A stretch of DNA of 64,000 nt from the NCBI GenBank assembly GCA_963737065.1, contig CAVTRC010000002.1, positions 517,125 through 581,124 on the forward strand, written 5' to 3'. Below are positions 40,504-51,841 of the stretch, one piece after another; position 1 is the stretch's first letter; every line of letters begins with the position of its first letter. The stretch is from Candidatus Eremiobacteria bacterium. GTDB taxonomy: Bacteria > Vulcanimicrobiota > Vulcanimicrobiia > Vulcanimicrobiales > Vulcanimicrobiaceae. The notes beneath the pieces were generated by a model. The model ran no database searches. It saw nothing but the letters and a program-made list of their open reading frames with translations, and was not told where the DNA came from. Made by a program: the position numbers and the translations under genes.

Positions 40504-41831
40504 GCCGAATTCAGTCGAAACAGGCGCGCAATGCGCCCATACGTCGTTTTCAACAGATCATCGTAATGCTGTAGGTCGTGCAGCCTAACAGCGAAGATTT
40601 CGGACGGAGCAATGTCCGTTTCTTTATAGAACAGGAACAGCATGATTCCGAACGCCGCGGTGTACGAAACCGACGTAGCAATCGCGCAGCCCACGATACC
40701 AAGCGGATGGATCAGCGCCAATGAAATCCCGGCGCACACAAGCGTCGATACACCCGCAATGCACGTCGTCGTCATCGGTCTTCCCATCTGCGAGACGTAG
40801 AACTGAGAAACGAACGGCATACCACAGTATGCCACCACACCCGGCAGAATGCACCGCAACGTCAAACCAGACTCGGCAAATCGAGCGCCGTAAAGAAAGA
40901 CGATCAGCCAGGGACCAATAAAGAAACAAGATCACGCTCGCTGCCCGACGGCAATAATGGAATGACGTAAACAAAGCAACGTCAGTCGCGCAGACTCGCG
41001 TTTCGATAACGATGCAATCCGGCCATAAGACGAAAATGCGAGAGGACGGCTGATGAACCACATAAGTTGCCCGAGTCCGACTGCAACGGAATAGATGCCG
41101 AGCATCTTCGGCCCCAACGCCCATAAGACGATGAACGTGTTTACTTGAAAGTTAAGCGTCTGAAGCAGCATGCCGGCGGAAGCTTTCGCGCCAAACTTGA
41201 CTTGATCTACGAAAACATGCCAAACACTTCCCATCGCGCGGCCCACGGTCGGCATACCGCCGCACAAGAATGAACGATCGCACACCAACCGCGGCATACG
41301 AAAGAACCCACAAGATGAAAACCGTGCCGACCTTTTGGTGAAATCCGACGCACGCGATTACCACTGCGCACATAACGAATATCCCGGGTACCAATAAGCC
41401 CTTGCACGTTCGCCCAGCGGACGTGGCCGTCCGATAGGAAGAACGCCAGCGTGACTTGATTGAAGTACGCAAAGGGCAACGCTAAAGCGGGCGCGACCAG
41501 CATGACGTCGTGCCGCCAAAGACCGAAGATCACAAACCGACTGAGATCGGAAGGACGATGAAACTGCAGAATCTCATCATCGCCGCGTAGACCGTGGCGC
41601 TGGACATCTTCTGCCTTGCGTACTGCCATGTGATCGCCGATGATTGTCCGCTGGAAACGGTCAACAAGCACGGCGAGCACCGTCGTGGCATATGTGTACA
41701 TGCCTTTGCCGAGCGGGCCGATCTCGCGCGCAAGGACGATCCCGAGAATCGTCAGCGACGAACTGCGAGAAGATCCGAAAGACGAACGTTTCGAAACTCT
41801 TCGTCGACAGTTCTCGAGCGACCGGTCTCAC
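40500..41831 (-). pseudogene. Wzx-type flippase / polysaccharide exporter, fragmented by indels
   Basis: Hydrophobic fragments incl. ARALGPLGKGMYTY-like N-terminus, LGPKMLGIYSVAVGLGQ and LIHPLGIVGCAIATSVSY (MOP superfamily motifs). Confidence 0.8.
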
Positions 41832-41969
41832 ATCGGCTGTTACACCATCGTCAGTGATTTTTTCCATCCGTGCTATTCCATTGCCGCCGCCAACAGTTAC
41901 TTTCCGGCGCCGCGCTTCGCCAAAACGCCGGCAGACGCGATCATCGGGCGAATCAGCGGTACTTTAGTT

Positions 41970-44172
41970 TCAGCTGTTCGCCGCGACGATCGGAGAGTCG
42001 TCCGACTCAATCGGGATGTGGTAGGCTTCGTATGCCACGTAATCGGCGCGCTTGGCTTGAACTCGATTGAGCACAAACCCAAGAACATTGTTTACGCCCA
42101 TCCGTCTGAGGCGCTTCATCGTGCGATTCGCTTCGCGCATGTCCGTAGTGCCTTGCGAAACGACGAGCAACGAACCGTCGGTTTTCCGCGCGAGCACCGC
42201 CGAATCGACATTCGCCGACCAGCGCTGCCGCGTCGAAGATCACCATTTCGAACGATTTCAGTGCCTCTTCGATAAGCGCGTCAAACGAGCGCGATTCCAG
42301 TAGCTTCACCGGATTCGGCGCGGGCGTGCCGCTCGTGAGCACGGCGAGTCCGCTTCGTTCGTCGATTTGCACCGCCTGTGACAGCGGCGTCTGCCCGACG
42401 AGGACATCCGAAAGTCCGCGATCGTTCGGAAGGCGAAGTTTCGCGTGCAGCGACGGCCGGCGCATGTCGGCATCAACAAGGAGAATCGGTCCTTCGATCT
42501 CTTTCAATGCGAGTGCGATGTTGATCGCGCAGGTCGATTTGCCGTCGCCTTGCATCGGGCTGATGATCGCCGAGGACCGCATCTTCACGTCACTTCGCGT
42601 AGCGGATATTGGTGACGAGTTGGATGAACGACTCCATCGCCAGCGTCTTTACCCACGATTGAATCGCTTCGCCATTGCGCAGTTCAACGAGCGGAATGGC
42701 ACCGAGGGTCGGCAATCCCGAGTTCCAGTTCCACTTCACGTTCATCGCGGACGCGATTGTCGAAGTAGTCAAGCAGAGCGCGCCTGTGACGCCGAGTACA
42801 CCGCCTGAGCAAAATTGCGATAACCGTATTGAGCAGTAGGTTCGGGATCGGTTGCGCGGTGCGCGGATCGGCGGGCTGAGTGATCGACACGTCGCTGATC
42901 GCCGTTTGCGCCGCAACTTGCGCGTTGACGAACTTCTGCTGCAGTGCTGTGTAGACGTCTTGCGTTGCCTTTGCATCGAGTCTGCAAACGCGCAAGTTGT
43001 TCCGTTTCAGTCGGGCAGCGCTGCAAGCTTCGGGTTCATTGTGATTTACTTGACGCGTCAACTCGCGATCTGCGCGTCGTCCGCGGCAACCTGCTGACCG
43101 GTATCCGGCAGCCTGCTGCTGCAAGCGTCTGATAGACCGGGTTCGGCACCACGTTGCGTCCCGCGACGATGGTCGACTTGTTGTGCTTCAATCGCTTTCT
43201 CCAGCTCGGACTTCTGCTGCTTCAGTGAGATGACTTGCGGATATGATCTGTGTACTGCTCTTCAGCTTGACGCAATTGAACGTCGACTTGCGAGAGCTGC
43301 TGCTGTAAATTCCAAGAACCGGATTCTGGTTAACTTGTCGTCGATCCCGGTGATCGTCGGCGTAACGTTGCCGAGTTGAGCCTGCGCGGAAGCAAGCTCT
43401 GCTTGCGCCTGCTGGCGATCGGCCTTATCCTGCCCGATCTTCGATTCAAGCGTTGACATGTTTGCGATCGTCACTTGCGTCTGCTGGTTGATGTCCGCGA
43501 TGTGATTCGTTGCTTCAAAGCGCGCGAGTCGTTCTGCGGCTGCATCGTTCATGGTGTTCTGCGCTTGCGGCAACTGCTGCTTCAGCGAGTCGACGGCCAT
43601 GCGGGCTTGCGACGAAACAAGCTCGCGCTGACGGTCGACGATCGCCTGAGCAAAGGCGTTGGCGATGGCCGCCGATTTCGACGCGGCTACTCCAGGTGAC
43701 GCTGACGTCGACGATGTTCGTGTTCGTCACGGGCTTCACGACGACGTGTTTCTTCACGAAGTCACTTGCGCTGATGTGCAGCTTCTCTTGAGTAAATCAC
43801 TCGGTCCAAGACCGGCGTCTCTTGAAACAGCTCCGCATACGTTTCAGCGCTCTGCATGCCGCTTGCAATCATCAGTGCATTCAGAACCGGCAGCCCCGCG
43901 TCCGGATTTTGTTGGGACGAACGTTGTTCCCGAGGTTCCGGAGATAAGTTTCACGTCGGTCTGGTATTGCTTCGGCCACAGTAATGTGCCGATGACGACG
44001 AGCGCAACGAAGCCGACGAAGATGCCAAGCGCCGCCCACCGCCGGCGAATCAAGAATGCGCCAGAAATGTGGCCGAGGTCGCGCTGACGCTCTTGCGTCG
44101 ATCGCTTCGGCCGTACTCAGCGGCGCTGCCGACGACTGTTGCGAGCGCAGTATTCGGAGGTAGAGCCTGCAC
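41970..44172 (-). pseudogene. wzc: Wzc-like polysaccharide co-polymerase / tyrosine autokinase, fragmented by many indels
   Basis: RRRWAAL..TM..PKQYQT, coiled coil, PNLLLN TM, SPMQGDGKST Walker A, LLVDADMRRP, SGTPAPNP, Tyr-rich tail DYVAYEAY; GTG start 44172 with GGAG RBS. Confidence 0.85.
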
Positions 44173-44185
44173 TGAAAAACTTCTC

Positions 44186-45153
44186 CTACGGAATCAACCG
44201 GCTGAGGATATAAATCAATCCGCCACCCAATCCGGTGAACTTACCCTTGGACTGCGGAACGTAAATCGTGTCGCCTTTTTGAAGCGCGACGTCAGCGGAA
44301 CTGTCGCCGTTTTGAAGCGCTTTATAAAGGTTTACGGTGTAATTCGTCTGTTGCCCGTTGGGCAGCGTCCTCATGACGCGAATGTTGTTTAGGTCCGAGT
44401 TTGCCGCTGAACTGTTACCGGCTTTCGCGATCGCCATTGAAAGGCGGTCGCCTTCCGCAACTTGGATCTGGCCCGGATGATCTACGGCGCCTTCGACGAC
44501 GACGTTAAACATTACCGGTCCTGGCACGTAGACGACGCTGCCGTCACCGATTTGCTGGTCGAGTGATTCATCGCCGTCGTGGAGCAGTCTCTGTAAAGAA
44601 ACGGTACTAACGCTGCCGACGTCGTCCGAGATACGCGCATCCGGAAGCGCGCCGTTCTGATCGGCGATTCCGCCGGCGGCGGCGATAGCATCCGTCAGAC
44701 GCGCATCGGAACGCAACTGATATTTGCCTGGATTCTTCACGTCACCAAGGACGAGGACCGACGGTTGACCAAGCTGCGTGATCGCGATCGTTACGAACGG
44801 GTGTTTCACATACTTTTGCAGATCGTGCGAAAACTTTTGCGGTCGCTACGGTTACGGTTTGTCCGCCGAGCTTTTCGCGGCCGAGCAGAGGATAATTTAT
44901 GCTTCCGTCGGGCAGTACGGTAACGGTCTGCGAAAGCGACGGCTGATTAAAGACTTGGATGTTCAGTTGGTCGCCCGGGATGGATAACCTCTTGGCCCGT
45001 CGTCATCGGCGGCGCCGCTTGGGTGACTGCCGGCGTGGACGTCGGCGCCGGACTGGCGCTTGTTGCGGGTGCTGCCCCCGGCGCGCCGTTCACAGCGAGC
45101 GTGCCTCCAAGGACGAGCAATGCCGCTCCGGCAACGCGAACGTGTCGAATCAT
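44186..45153 (-). CDS. wza: Wza-like polysaccharide export protein with SLBB domains, frameshifted near 44810-44960
   Basis: Signal peptide, IHPG (Poly_export), KHPFVTI, VLGDVKNPG, LTDAIAAAGG, LQKGDTIYVP. Confidence 0.85.
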
Positions 45154-45232
45154 AGCACTATCCTACGAAAAAGGTGCCTTAGGCCGCAAAATGATAGCGG
45201 CCCAAGGACACTTGAGCAATGTGGGCACTCCG

Positions 45233-46103
45233 TCAAGGAGTCGGGGTACCGGTGCAGGCGCCAGCAGGGCAGGGGGTTGGCAAGTTGCCATCGACACTCT
45301 TTGATACGTTCGTGATGTCGACGTCGATGGTCGCATTAGCGGACGATCCGCTCGGAGCCCAAACGGGTACCGTCGGCCACAATGCGGTGGCGGAGGACTG
45401 TAAACTTTCGACGTCGCTGATCAGCTTTTGTTCCGCGCTGTTCGCACCGCCGCTCGCGAGGCTCTTCTTGTACCAATTCGAGATCGCATTGAAGTTCCAG
45501 GCATCGAACGACGTGTCGCTATTCGATTCGCGACTGCTTAAAGATGTAGAGCGCCGCGGCGGTCGACGCGGCATCCGTTGTGGGGCCTTGCCCGATTGCG
45601 CCGGACAAGTTCACGTTCGTCAACGGAGTCTTTCCGAGAAACTCCATCGTCCAGACCTGTGTGTTCGCGCCGCTAGATGTTGCTATAAGCATATAATTGC
45701 GACCGGGCACTGCCGTATAAGTCGGCGCCGGGGTAGCTGGGACCGCGGTGGACGTTCCCGTCACGGTGAATTGTCCGCTGGCGTTTGCCGTAACCGTTCC
45801 CGCTTGCGATGAACAACCGCACGTGAACAACAGGCTAGCATTTGCCATGCTGTGACCTTGCGTCGTCTGCAGCGTTCCGCTGACCGCCGGCGACGACGTC
45901 GGACTCGGATTCGACGAAGGGTTTGACGACGGATTGGATGATGGATTAGATGATGGATTGCCCGACGGTGCGGAGCTCGGATTCGAGCTTGGACCAACGG
46001 GAAGTGGATTCGTACCGCCGCCGCCACCACCACCGCCGCACGCTGCGAGGGTGAGGGCAAAGAGAAAAACGGCTGCGGCTATCGACGACTGGCGAACGGC
46101 CAT
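45233..46103 (-). CDS. Surface lipoprotein with SSNP repeats, frameshift near 45530
   Basis: Lipobox LAAC followed by poly-Gly and (SSNP)n linker; GGAGG RBS; C-terminal part in ORF 45233-45574. Confidence 0.7.
45905..45990 (-). repeat. Imperfect 12-bp coding tandem repeat (Ser-Ser-Asn-Pro)
   Basis: Translation SSNPSSAPSGNPSSNPSSNPSSNPS. Confidence 0.8.
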
Positions 46104-46267
46104 AGTGGGAGGGTCCTCCGTGCAAAAATGCAGCGATAACTTGCTTCTATAACTTTCCACATCGGCGGAAAGTGCCGAAACGTTCGTAGAGGGTAGTCCC
46201 GAATGTCCAAAAGCCTACGCTATGCGAGGACTTTAGGGCAGGCAAGCGAGCAAAATATTATGATAGC

Positions 46268-47299
46268 ATGAGAATGGGCCGAACTACACACCGTTTTACG
46301 CCGGAGTTTTTTAAATTGGGGGTCATCAGCGTCTCGCGGCGGGGCGACTACCGCCAGCCGAAAATCGTCGCAATATCGGGCCTCAAGCTCTTCGTTTCAC
46401 ACATCGCGGACTCGGCGCAGCAATTTCTTCTTCCGCAGTGGCAACCGCGTGTCGTTCAGGTGAAGTCGAAAGCGTCGCTTATGAGCGGGCTTTCTCAGCT
46501 GTGTGACGCGGACGTCTGGTATTCGATCGGTGAACCCATCGGAAATCGATGGCTGCACCGCTTTTGGCGTCTTACACGACGCCCGCGCGTCGTGCACTGG
46601 GTCGGAACGGACATTACGCTTCTTCGTGATCGTCCGCATCTACGAAGCGTGTTTTTGGAACCGAACGTCGTCAATCTGGCGGAAGTTCATTGGACGGTCG
46701 AAGAGCTCGCGACATACGGCATTAAAGCGCATATGGCGCCGCTGCCTCCTCGCATTGCTTCTGAAACGGTGCGACCGTTGCCCGAAACGTTCACGGTTTT
46801 GATTTATATGCCCCGAACCCGGAACGATGCGTACCGCAAGGCGGACTGCGAGCGCCTTATCGCCGCAATGTCTCGGGACGGGGTCCGCTTTCTCATTGTG
46901 GGTGGAGGAGATGTCTCGGTGCCCGAGGGCGCGGACGTTCGCCGGCTGGGATGGTGTTCCGACCTGCGCGACGCCTATGACGAATCGACTGTGCTGCTTC
47001 GACTCACGCAGCGCGACGGGCTTTCACTCATGGCCCTCGAGGCGCTGACGCACGGCCGTTACGTTGTTTGGACCCAACCGTTGCCGCACGTGATCTGCGC
47101 CGATAACTACGATGAAGTTGAGGCGGCTATCCGGTCTTTGCTCGCACGATTTCGTGGTGGGACGCTGTTGCCCCAATATGATGCTGCTCAATACGTTAGC
47201 ACAACGTACGATACAGCTCGATGTTTACAAACGATCGGACAATATTGGAATACACACCTGGCATGTGACGTCGTGCCCGTTGCAGGGCAAGCAACATGA
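46268..47299 (+). CDS. Divergent GT-B glycosyltransferase-like protein
   Basis: HWVGTD, FLIVGG, LGW, DGLSLMALEALTHGRYVV (GT4-like C-terminal motif); start uncertain. Confidence 0.7.
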   Translation: MRMGRTTHRFTPEFFKLGVISVSRRGDYRQPKIVAISGLKLFVSHIADSAQQFLLPQWQPRVVQVKSKASLMSGLSQLCDADVWYSIGEPIGNRWLHRFWRLTRRPRVVHWVGTDITLLRDRPHLRSVFLEPNVVNLAEVHWTVEELATYGIKAHMAPLPPRIASETVRPLPETFTVLIYMPRTRNDAYRKADCERLIAAMSRDGVRFLIVGGGDVSVPEGADVRRLGWCSDLRDAYDESTVLLRLTQRDGLSLMALEALTHGRYVVWTQPLPHVICADNYDEVEAAIRSLLARFRGGTLLPQYDAAQYVSTTYDTARCLQTIGQYWNTHLACDVVPVAGQAT

Positions 47300-48363
47300 T
47301 CGAACGTCTAAAACTCGACGAATGGATCGACTTCGATCGCAAATATCCAGCTCCGACGTTCTTTGCTCGACCGGCGTGGGCACTTGCGCTGGCGGACGCG
47401 CGCCCTAACCTCCAGCCGGAAGCGCTCCGCGTTCGAGTACGTGGAGAGTCGTTTGTACTCCCCACCGTTCGCATCAAAAGTAGCCGGCTTTTCAAGCAAC
47501 GCGAAGCGTTCCCGCTAGGTGGCTATACGTGCGTACTCGATCGTCTCGGTAATCCCGCCGATGCATCCGTGGCCCAGGAAGTCGTTAGAATCGCTGCGAC
47601 ATCCGTGGACCGCCTTCGCGTGACGTTATGGCCGTTGGGCCCAGCCGTGCATCTTGCGGAGGCCTCGTCGCAAGCACACGAGACGGCCGTTATCGATTGC
47701 AGCGTCGGGTTCGACGCCGTTGTGGCCGGCGTTCGTGGCGTGACGCGCCGGATGGCCGGTCAGGCGGAAAGGCGCGGCGTGACGTGCGCGGTTGCGCGCG
47801 ATGAACACGCGGTAAGCGACTATTATGAGCTCTTGCAAGAAGCCGCGCGCGGTTGGGGTCTCGAGCAACCGCCGATCTCGCGCAATCTTTTGGAGGCAGT
47901 AACAAAGCGCGGGGCGGGAGATGTCGAGATCTGGTTTGCTGAAGTCGATGGCGATCGTATAGCTGGCGGCGTCGTTTTCTACGGTAGTCGCGAGCTGTTC
48001 TTCTGGTCAGCCGCAATGAAAAGAGACTCTGCCGAGTACCGACCGAGTAATGCACTCAATTTCGCGCTCCTGCGCGCGGCGTGCGAACGCGGCGTGCGGT
48101 GGTACAACCTCGGTGCCAGCGAAGGACTTCCGGGCGTCGAGCGATTCAAGCGGGACCTGGGCGCTACGACCATGGAGTATCACGCACTAAGCGTACGTCG
48201 GCCGTCGCTTTGCGCTCTATCAAGAGTTGCGTTCACGTCTCGGCCGGTCGAAGATCGGGCCGGCTCGCCCCGTAGTTGCGGATACTACCCCGATCGACCC
48301 GGCAGAGCCGGGTCGGACGACAATTGCGCAGTGATAGCATCGTCTGGGAGAATCGCCGCGTAA
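47296..48363 (+). CDS. GNAT/FemAB-like acyltransferase
   Basis: TFFARPAW, AERRGV, RPSNAL, WYNLGAS..PGVERFKRDLGA; possible frameshift in the C-terminal tail. Confidence 0.85.
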   Translation: MIERLKLDEWIDFDRKYPAPTFFARPAWALALADARPNLQPEALRVRVRGESFVLPTVRIKSSRLFKQREAFPLGGYTCVLDRLGNPADASVAQEVVRIAATSVDRLRVTLWPLGPAVHLAEASSQAHETAVIDCSVGFDAVVAGVRGVTRRMAGQAERRGVTCAVARDEHAVSDYYELLQEAARGWGLEQPPISRNLLEAVTKRGAGDVEIWFAEVDGDRIAGGVVFYGSRELFFWSAAMKRDSAEYRPSNALNFALLRAACERGVRWYNLGASEGLPGVERFKRDLGATTMEYHALSVRRPSLCALSRVAFTSRPVEDRAGSPRSCGYYPDRPGRAGSDDNCAVIASSGRIAA

Positions 48364-49766
48364 TGGTCTCTGGTTTTTTGTTACGCGCAACGGCGCCGAT
48401 TCGCAAGCCAATGGTTGGCGCCTGGGCGCTCGTAGTAGCGACGACCGCGGTGGCCGGGCTGCCGCTCATTGCGATGAGCGGCAGAAAACTGGGCATCGGC
48501 CTTACACTATCAGCGGCATTCGGCCCGATTGCACTCTACGCCGCAATTGTCGCGCCGATCGTGTTCCCGTTCGGACTCTATGTGCTGGTGACGCCGTTCG
48601 ACAATCTAACGACGGTTGGGACATTCGGCTCCGCAACGAAGGCATTCGCAATCCTCTCCGTATTTGCTCTTCTTCTCTACCAACTGCGGATCCGCAAGAC
48701 TGCTACGCCTTCGCGTTCGAATTTGTGGTGGATCATCGTTTTTTCGTGGATGGCTTTAACCGAGATGTGGGCTATCGATCAGCAAACCGGCGTGCAGCGT
48801 CTTACGTCGGTCGTTCTGCTGTTGCTCCTTTATCTCGTTGTCGCGGCGACGCCCATAACGCGTCGCGAACTATGGATCACGTTCGCGCTAACAATCGTCG
48901 GGGGAACCCTTGCTGCGCTTTACGGCGTTCATCTCGCACGTAACGGTCTGATGATGGGCGATAGCGGCCGACTCGCGCTGGTTATCGAAAATAGCAACAG
49001 CTTCATCGATCCGAACCACTACGCGGCTTCTCTTATCACGCCGATATGCTTGTCACTGATGTTGATCCTTCGAGCGCGGTCGTGGGTGCGGGCAGTGCCC
49101 TTCGTGTTAATCATGGGCGTCATGATGCTCGGAATCGCATACGCAGCGTCACGAGGATCTGTTCTTGCCTTAGCAACGGTCTTTCTCTATTTCATAATAC
49201 GGTCCACTAAGAAGATTCGACTTTTCGTGTTCGCCGGGATCGCGAGCGTTCCGCTCATTGCGCTATCGCCGTTCATCATTAGCCGATTCACCAAGGCAAT
49301 TTCAACCGGCGGCGCGGGACGCCTCTCAATTTGGAGGGTTGGACTGCGTGCTCTCCACGAGTACTGGCTGCTGGGAGCGGGATATGCAAACTTCCCGTTC
49401 GCGTACGATAAGCATTTGCTTGAAGTTTTTCAACCGTATTTCGCGCAGTGGCACCGGGTCGCGCACAGCTTGATCATTTCAACGGCGGTCGAGACGGGTA
49501 TCTTCGGTCTTCTGTTGATGCTCGGTGCATGGTTCGCACAATATAAGATGCTTCGTCGAATCGATCGGCACGACGATCTCTACGACGTGCGTGTTGCATT
49601 AGAAGCCGCATTGGTCGGGTTGTTTATTTGCAGCATTTTCCTTGACGTCATGAGTGAAAAGTACATTTGGCTGGCATTCATGCTCATCGCGCTCACGTAC
49701 ACTGCTTCCAAAGAGCGTTCCGAACACCGTATTAAGGCTGATCCCGTTCTTGAAAACACCGGATAA
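48363..49766 (+). CDS. O-antigen ligase / Wzy-type polymerase family membrane protein
   Basis: Multiple TM helices; DPNHYA, ASRGS, GRLSIW, LLGAGYANF, AHS....VETGIFG motifs. Confidence 0.9.
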   Translation: MVSGFLLRATAPIRKPMVGAWALVVATTAVAGLPLIAMSGRKLGIGLTLSAAFGPIALYAAIVAPIVFPFGLYVLVTPFDNLTTVGTFGSATKAFAILSVFALLLYQLRIRKTATPSRSNLWWIIVFSWMALTEMWAIDQQTGVQRLTSVVLLLLLYLVVAATPITRRELWITFALTIVGGTLAALYGVHLARNGLMMGDSGRLALVIENSNSFIDPNHYAASLITPICLSLMLILRARSWVRAVPFVLIMGVMMLGIAYAASRGSVLALATVFLYFIIRSTKKIRLFVFAGIASVPLIALSPFIISRFTKAISTGGAGRLSIWRVGLRALHEYWLLGAGYANFPFAYDKHLLEVFQPYFAQWHRVAHSLIISTAVETGIFGLLLMLGAWFAQYKMLRRIDRHDDLYDVRVALEAALVGLFICSIFLDVMSEKYIWLAFMLIALTYTASKERSEHRIKADPVLENTG

Positions 49767-49788
49767 GCGCTTCTTCGCGCTTGCTTGG

Positions 49789-49819
49789 GAAGAAGACGAC
49801 CTACGCGTCGTCTTTTTTT
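49789..49819 (+). terminator. Rho-independent terminator
   Basis: GAAGAAGACGAC-CTACGC-GTCGTCTTTTTTT directly after the wzy-like gene. Confidence 0.8.
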
Positions 49820-50348
49820 ACTCATTCATAACACGGCTAATGTAGGATGACGGACGGCATCGTTTAAAGTCTCGCCTCAGTCGGTCAGCCACGTCGGCTT
49901 CCGGCAAAACTGTGCCCTTGCCTTGTCGCCTAGTTGCACGAGCAAGCTCACGCGTACTCAGGTACGTTGACAACTAATCGATTCAATCGTGGACTTCTAG
50001 TCCAACGATTTCGGCTCGCTCTCATGCAACTTTCGTAAAGAGCCGACCCAAATTTATAAGTCCTGTTGTAATGACAGGCGTATCGGCCAATATGCATTCG
50101 AAGCGAGCTGAGAAAAGCTACGCTCGAAGGTCATAGAGGGCTGAGTTCGCGCGGTTTTCTTTGGGCGTGAGTCCGTCCTCGAACAGCCTCCCAGCGGTGC
50201 GCCCGTCGCGTGAATCCTAACAAATCACTGAAGCTTAGGTACGAGCTACGCCGCTCCAATGAGCGTCGTCGGCCTTCCAGGACCTCTCGCGCCGGCGATG
50301 ACTCGCCATGGCTAAGCTTTGCTTTTCCTTTTGGGAGTACACGATCAC

Positions 50349-51713
50349 ATGCGACTTCGGAATACGTTAGCAGTCGGCATCCTGGCGGTGTTGATATCCG
50401 CGTGCTCTTCTCAGAGCGCGACATCACCCGTGCTGCCGAACCAGGACCCGGTTACTGACCCCAACGTATCGGGCGCACCCTCGGCAATGTCCGACAACGG
50501 GTCGGCCTCTGCTCAAACCGCCCCACAGGACGCCTCAAACGCTATCCAAGCCGACACGATCTCGCAAACGACTACATCGGTCCCGAGACACGTCTTGACT
50601 GCCGAATACCTGGCCGGCTACTACGGAACAAAGAGAGTTTCCGCAGCACAAGCTGCGCCGTATTTGAACTGGGCACAGACGACCCCACAGGACTCCGGAC
50701 CTATCCACGCGGCCGGTATAAAGACGAATTTCTATACGAATCCGAATCGGACAAAAGTCGGCGATCCGCTGCGCAACTTGGTAAACTCCACCGCATACGC
50801 AAAGACGTGTTCGAACCTCAACACGACGTACGTCTATAAGACGACTACGCAAAACATCATGGCGATCGGAAGCACGTCGTTGAAGTCCGGTTATAACAGC
50901 TACGTCAATTCGCGGCTCTCGGGGTACCACATCGACGCCGTGTTCGAAGATAACAAATATGCCTTGAGCGTTTACGGCGAATCTATCAGACCCGGTATGC
51001 CGTGCGCGTACTCTGATACGACATGGGTCACTCAGGCCAAAGAACTCACTCAGGCTATCAAATATCCGACAATCTTCAATGGATTGTCCGGAACGAACGG
51101 GCACGACGTTTCGAAGGGCGTTCAGCTCATGACGAGTCCGTCAATTATCGGCGGCACGTGGGAAGGCTGCTACGCGACATACACCACCATTCCCGAAATA
51201 ACCGATTGGCGTTGGCAGGCTACGGAAAACACCGAGATCCAGGTGCAGGCAAAGGACAAGCTGTTCTTCTGCCTAGAGCGCAACGGGCTCGCGGCCAGCA
51301 GCGCGTACGCGGCACGCCTCTATACGCTCGGCTCATTCTTACTAGCGTACAATCCGAGCTATGCGGTCCTCTGGGAAGAATTTGCGACGCCAGATGGATT
51401 GCCCATCATGCCGGAAAGCCAGTTTGTTCCGCTTGATCCGGTTCGTGCGCAGCCCACTGCCATCTCTCAGCTAAAGAGCAGCTACGGGCCGTACTACCGT
51501 CAATACAACAGGTGCTATTACAAAGGCGCCCTCGTTGGAGCTTGCGCCATCGTCGTCAACGGCGACCTCGCGAGCGAGCGGTTCCCGTTGTCGGGGTACA
51601 CACACACAATGCTTCTCCGCGGCAACGGCGTGTTGGATGGCGGCACGGTGTCGTTCACCGGGACGAAACCAGCCTACGACGATGCCGTCCGGTTCAGCGG
51701 TGATCGCAATTAA
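50349..51713 (+). CDS. Secreted lipoprotein, putative glycoside hydrolase (GHL15-like TIM barrel)
   Basis: Lipobox ISAC, GGAG RBS; IDAVFEDN, FNGLS, and GPYYRQY...AIVVN resemble putative glycosyl hydrolase family 15; family assignment tentative. Confidence 0.7.
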   Translation: MRLRNTLAVGILAVLISACSSQSATSPVLPNQDPVTDPNVSGAPSAMSDNGSASAQTAPQDASNAIQADTISQTTTSVPRHVLTAEYLAGYYGTKRVSAAQAAPYLNWAQTTPQDSGPIHAAGIKTNFYTNPNRTKVGDPLRNLVNSTAYAKTCSNLNTTYVYKTTTQNIMAIGSTSLKSGYNSYVNSRLSGYHIDAVFEDNKYALSVYGESIRPGMPCAYSDTTWVTQAKELTQAIKYPTIFNGLSGTNGHDVSKGVQLMTSPSIIGGTWEGCYATYTTIPEITDWRWQATENTEIQVQAKDKLFFCLERNGLAASSAYAARLYTLGSFLLAYNPSYAVLWEEFATPDGLPIMPESQFVPLDPVRAQPTAISQLKSSYGPYYRQYNRCYYKGALVGACAIVVNGDLASERFPLSGYTHTMLLRGNGVLDGGTVSFTGTKPAYDDAVRFSGDRN

Positions 51714-51740
51714 GTAACACCGCGAAACCCTTTTCCCGGC

Positions 51741-51780
51741 GAAGAACTCGATCGGCGTGCCCGATCGAGTTCTTCTTTGT
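51741..51780 (+). terminator. Strong hairpin terminator
   Basis: Perfect 15-bp stem GAAGAACTCGATCGG/CCGATCGAGTTCTTC, 5-nt loop, T-rich tail. Confidence 0.8.
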
Positions 51781-51841
51781 TGCCATGTAAGGGATTGGTA
51801 AACAACCTATTAAGCAAGCGGCTTCGTCCGATTTCTTAATC

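Noticed and set aside
45905..45990. Short repeats as a possible CRISPR array
   Set aside because: 12-bp in-frame coding repeats without spacers; no cas genes in the window
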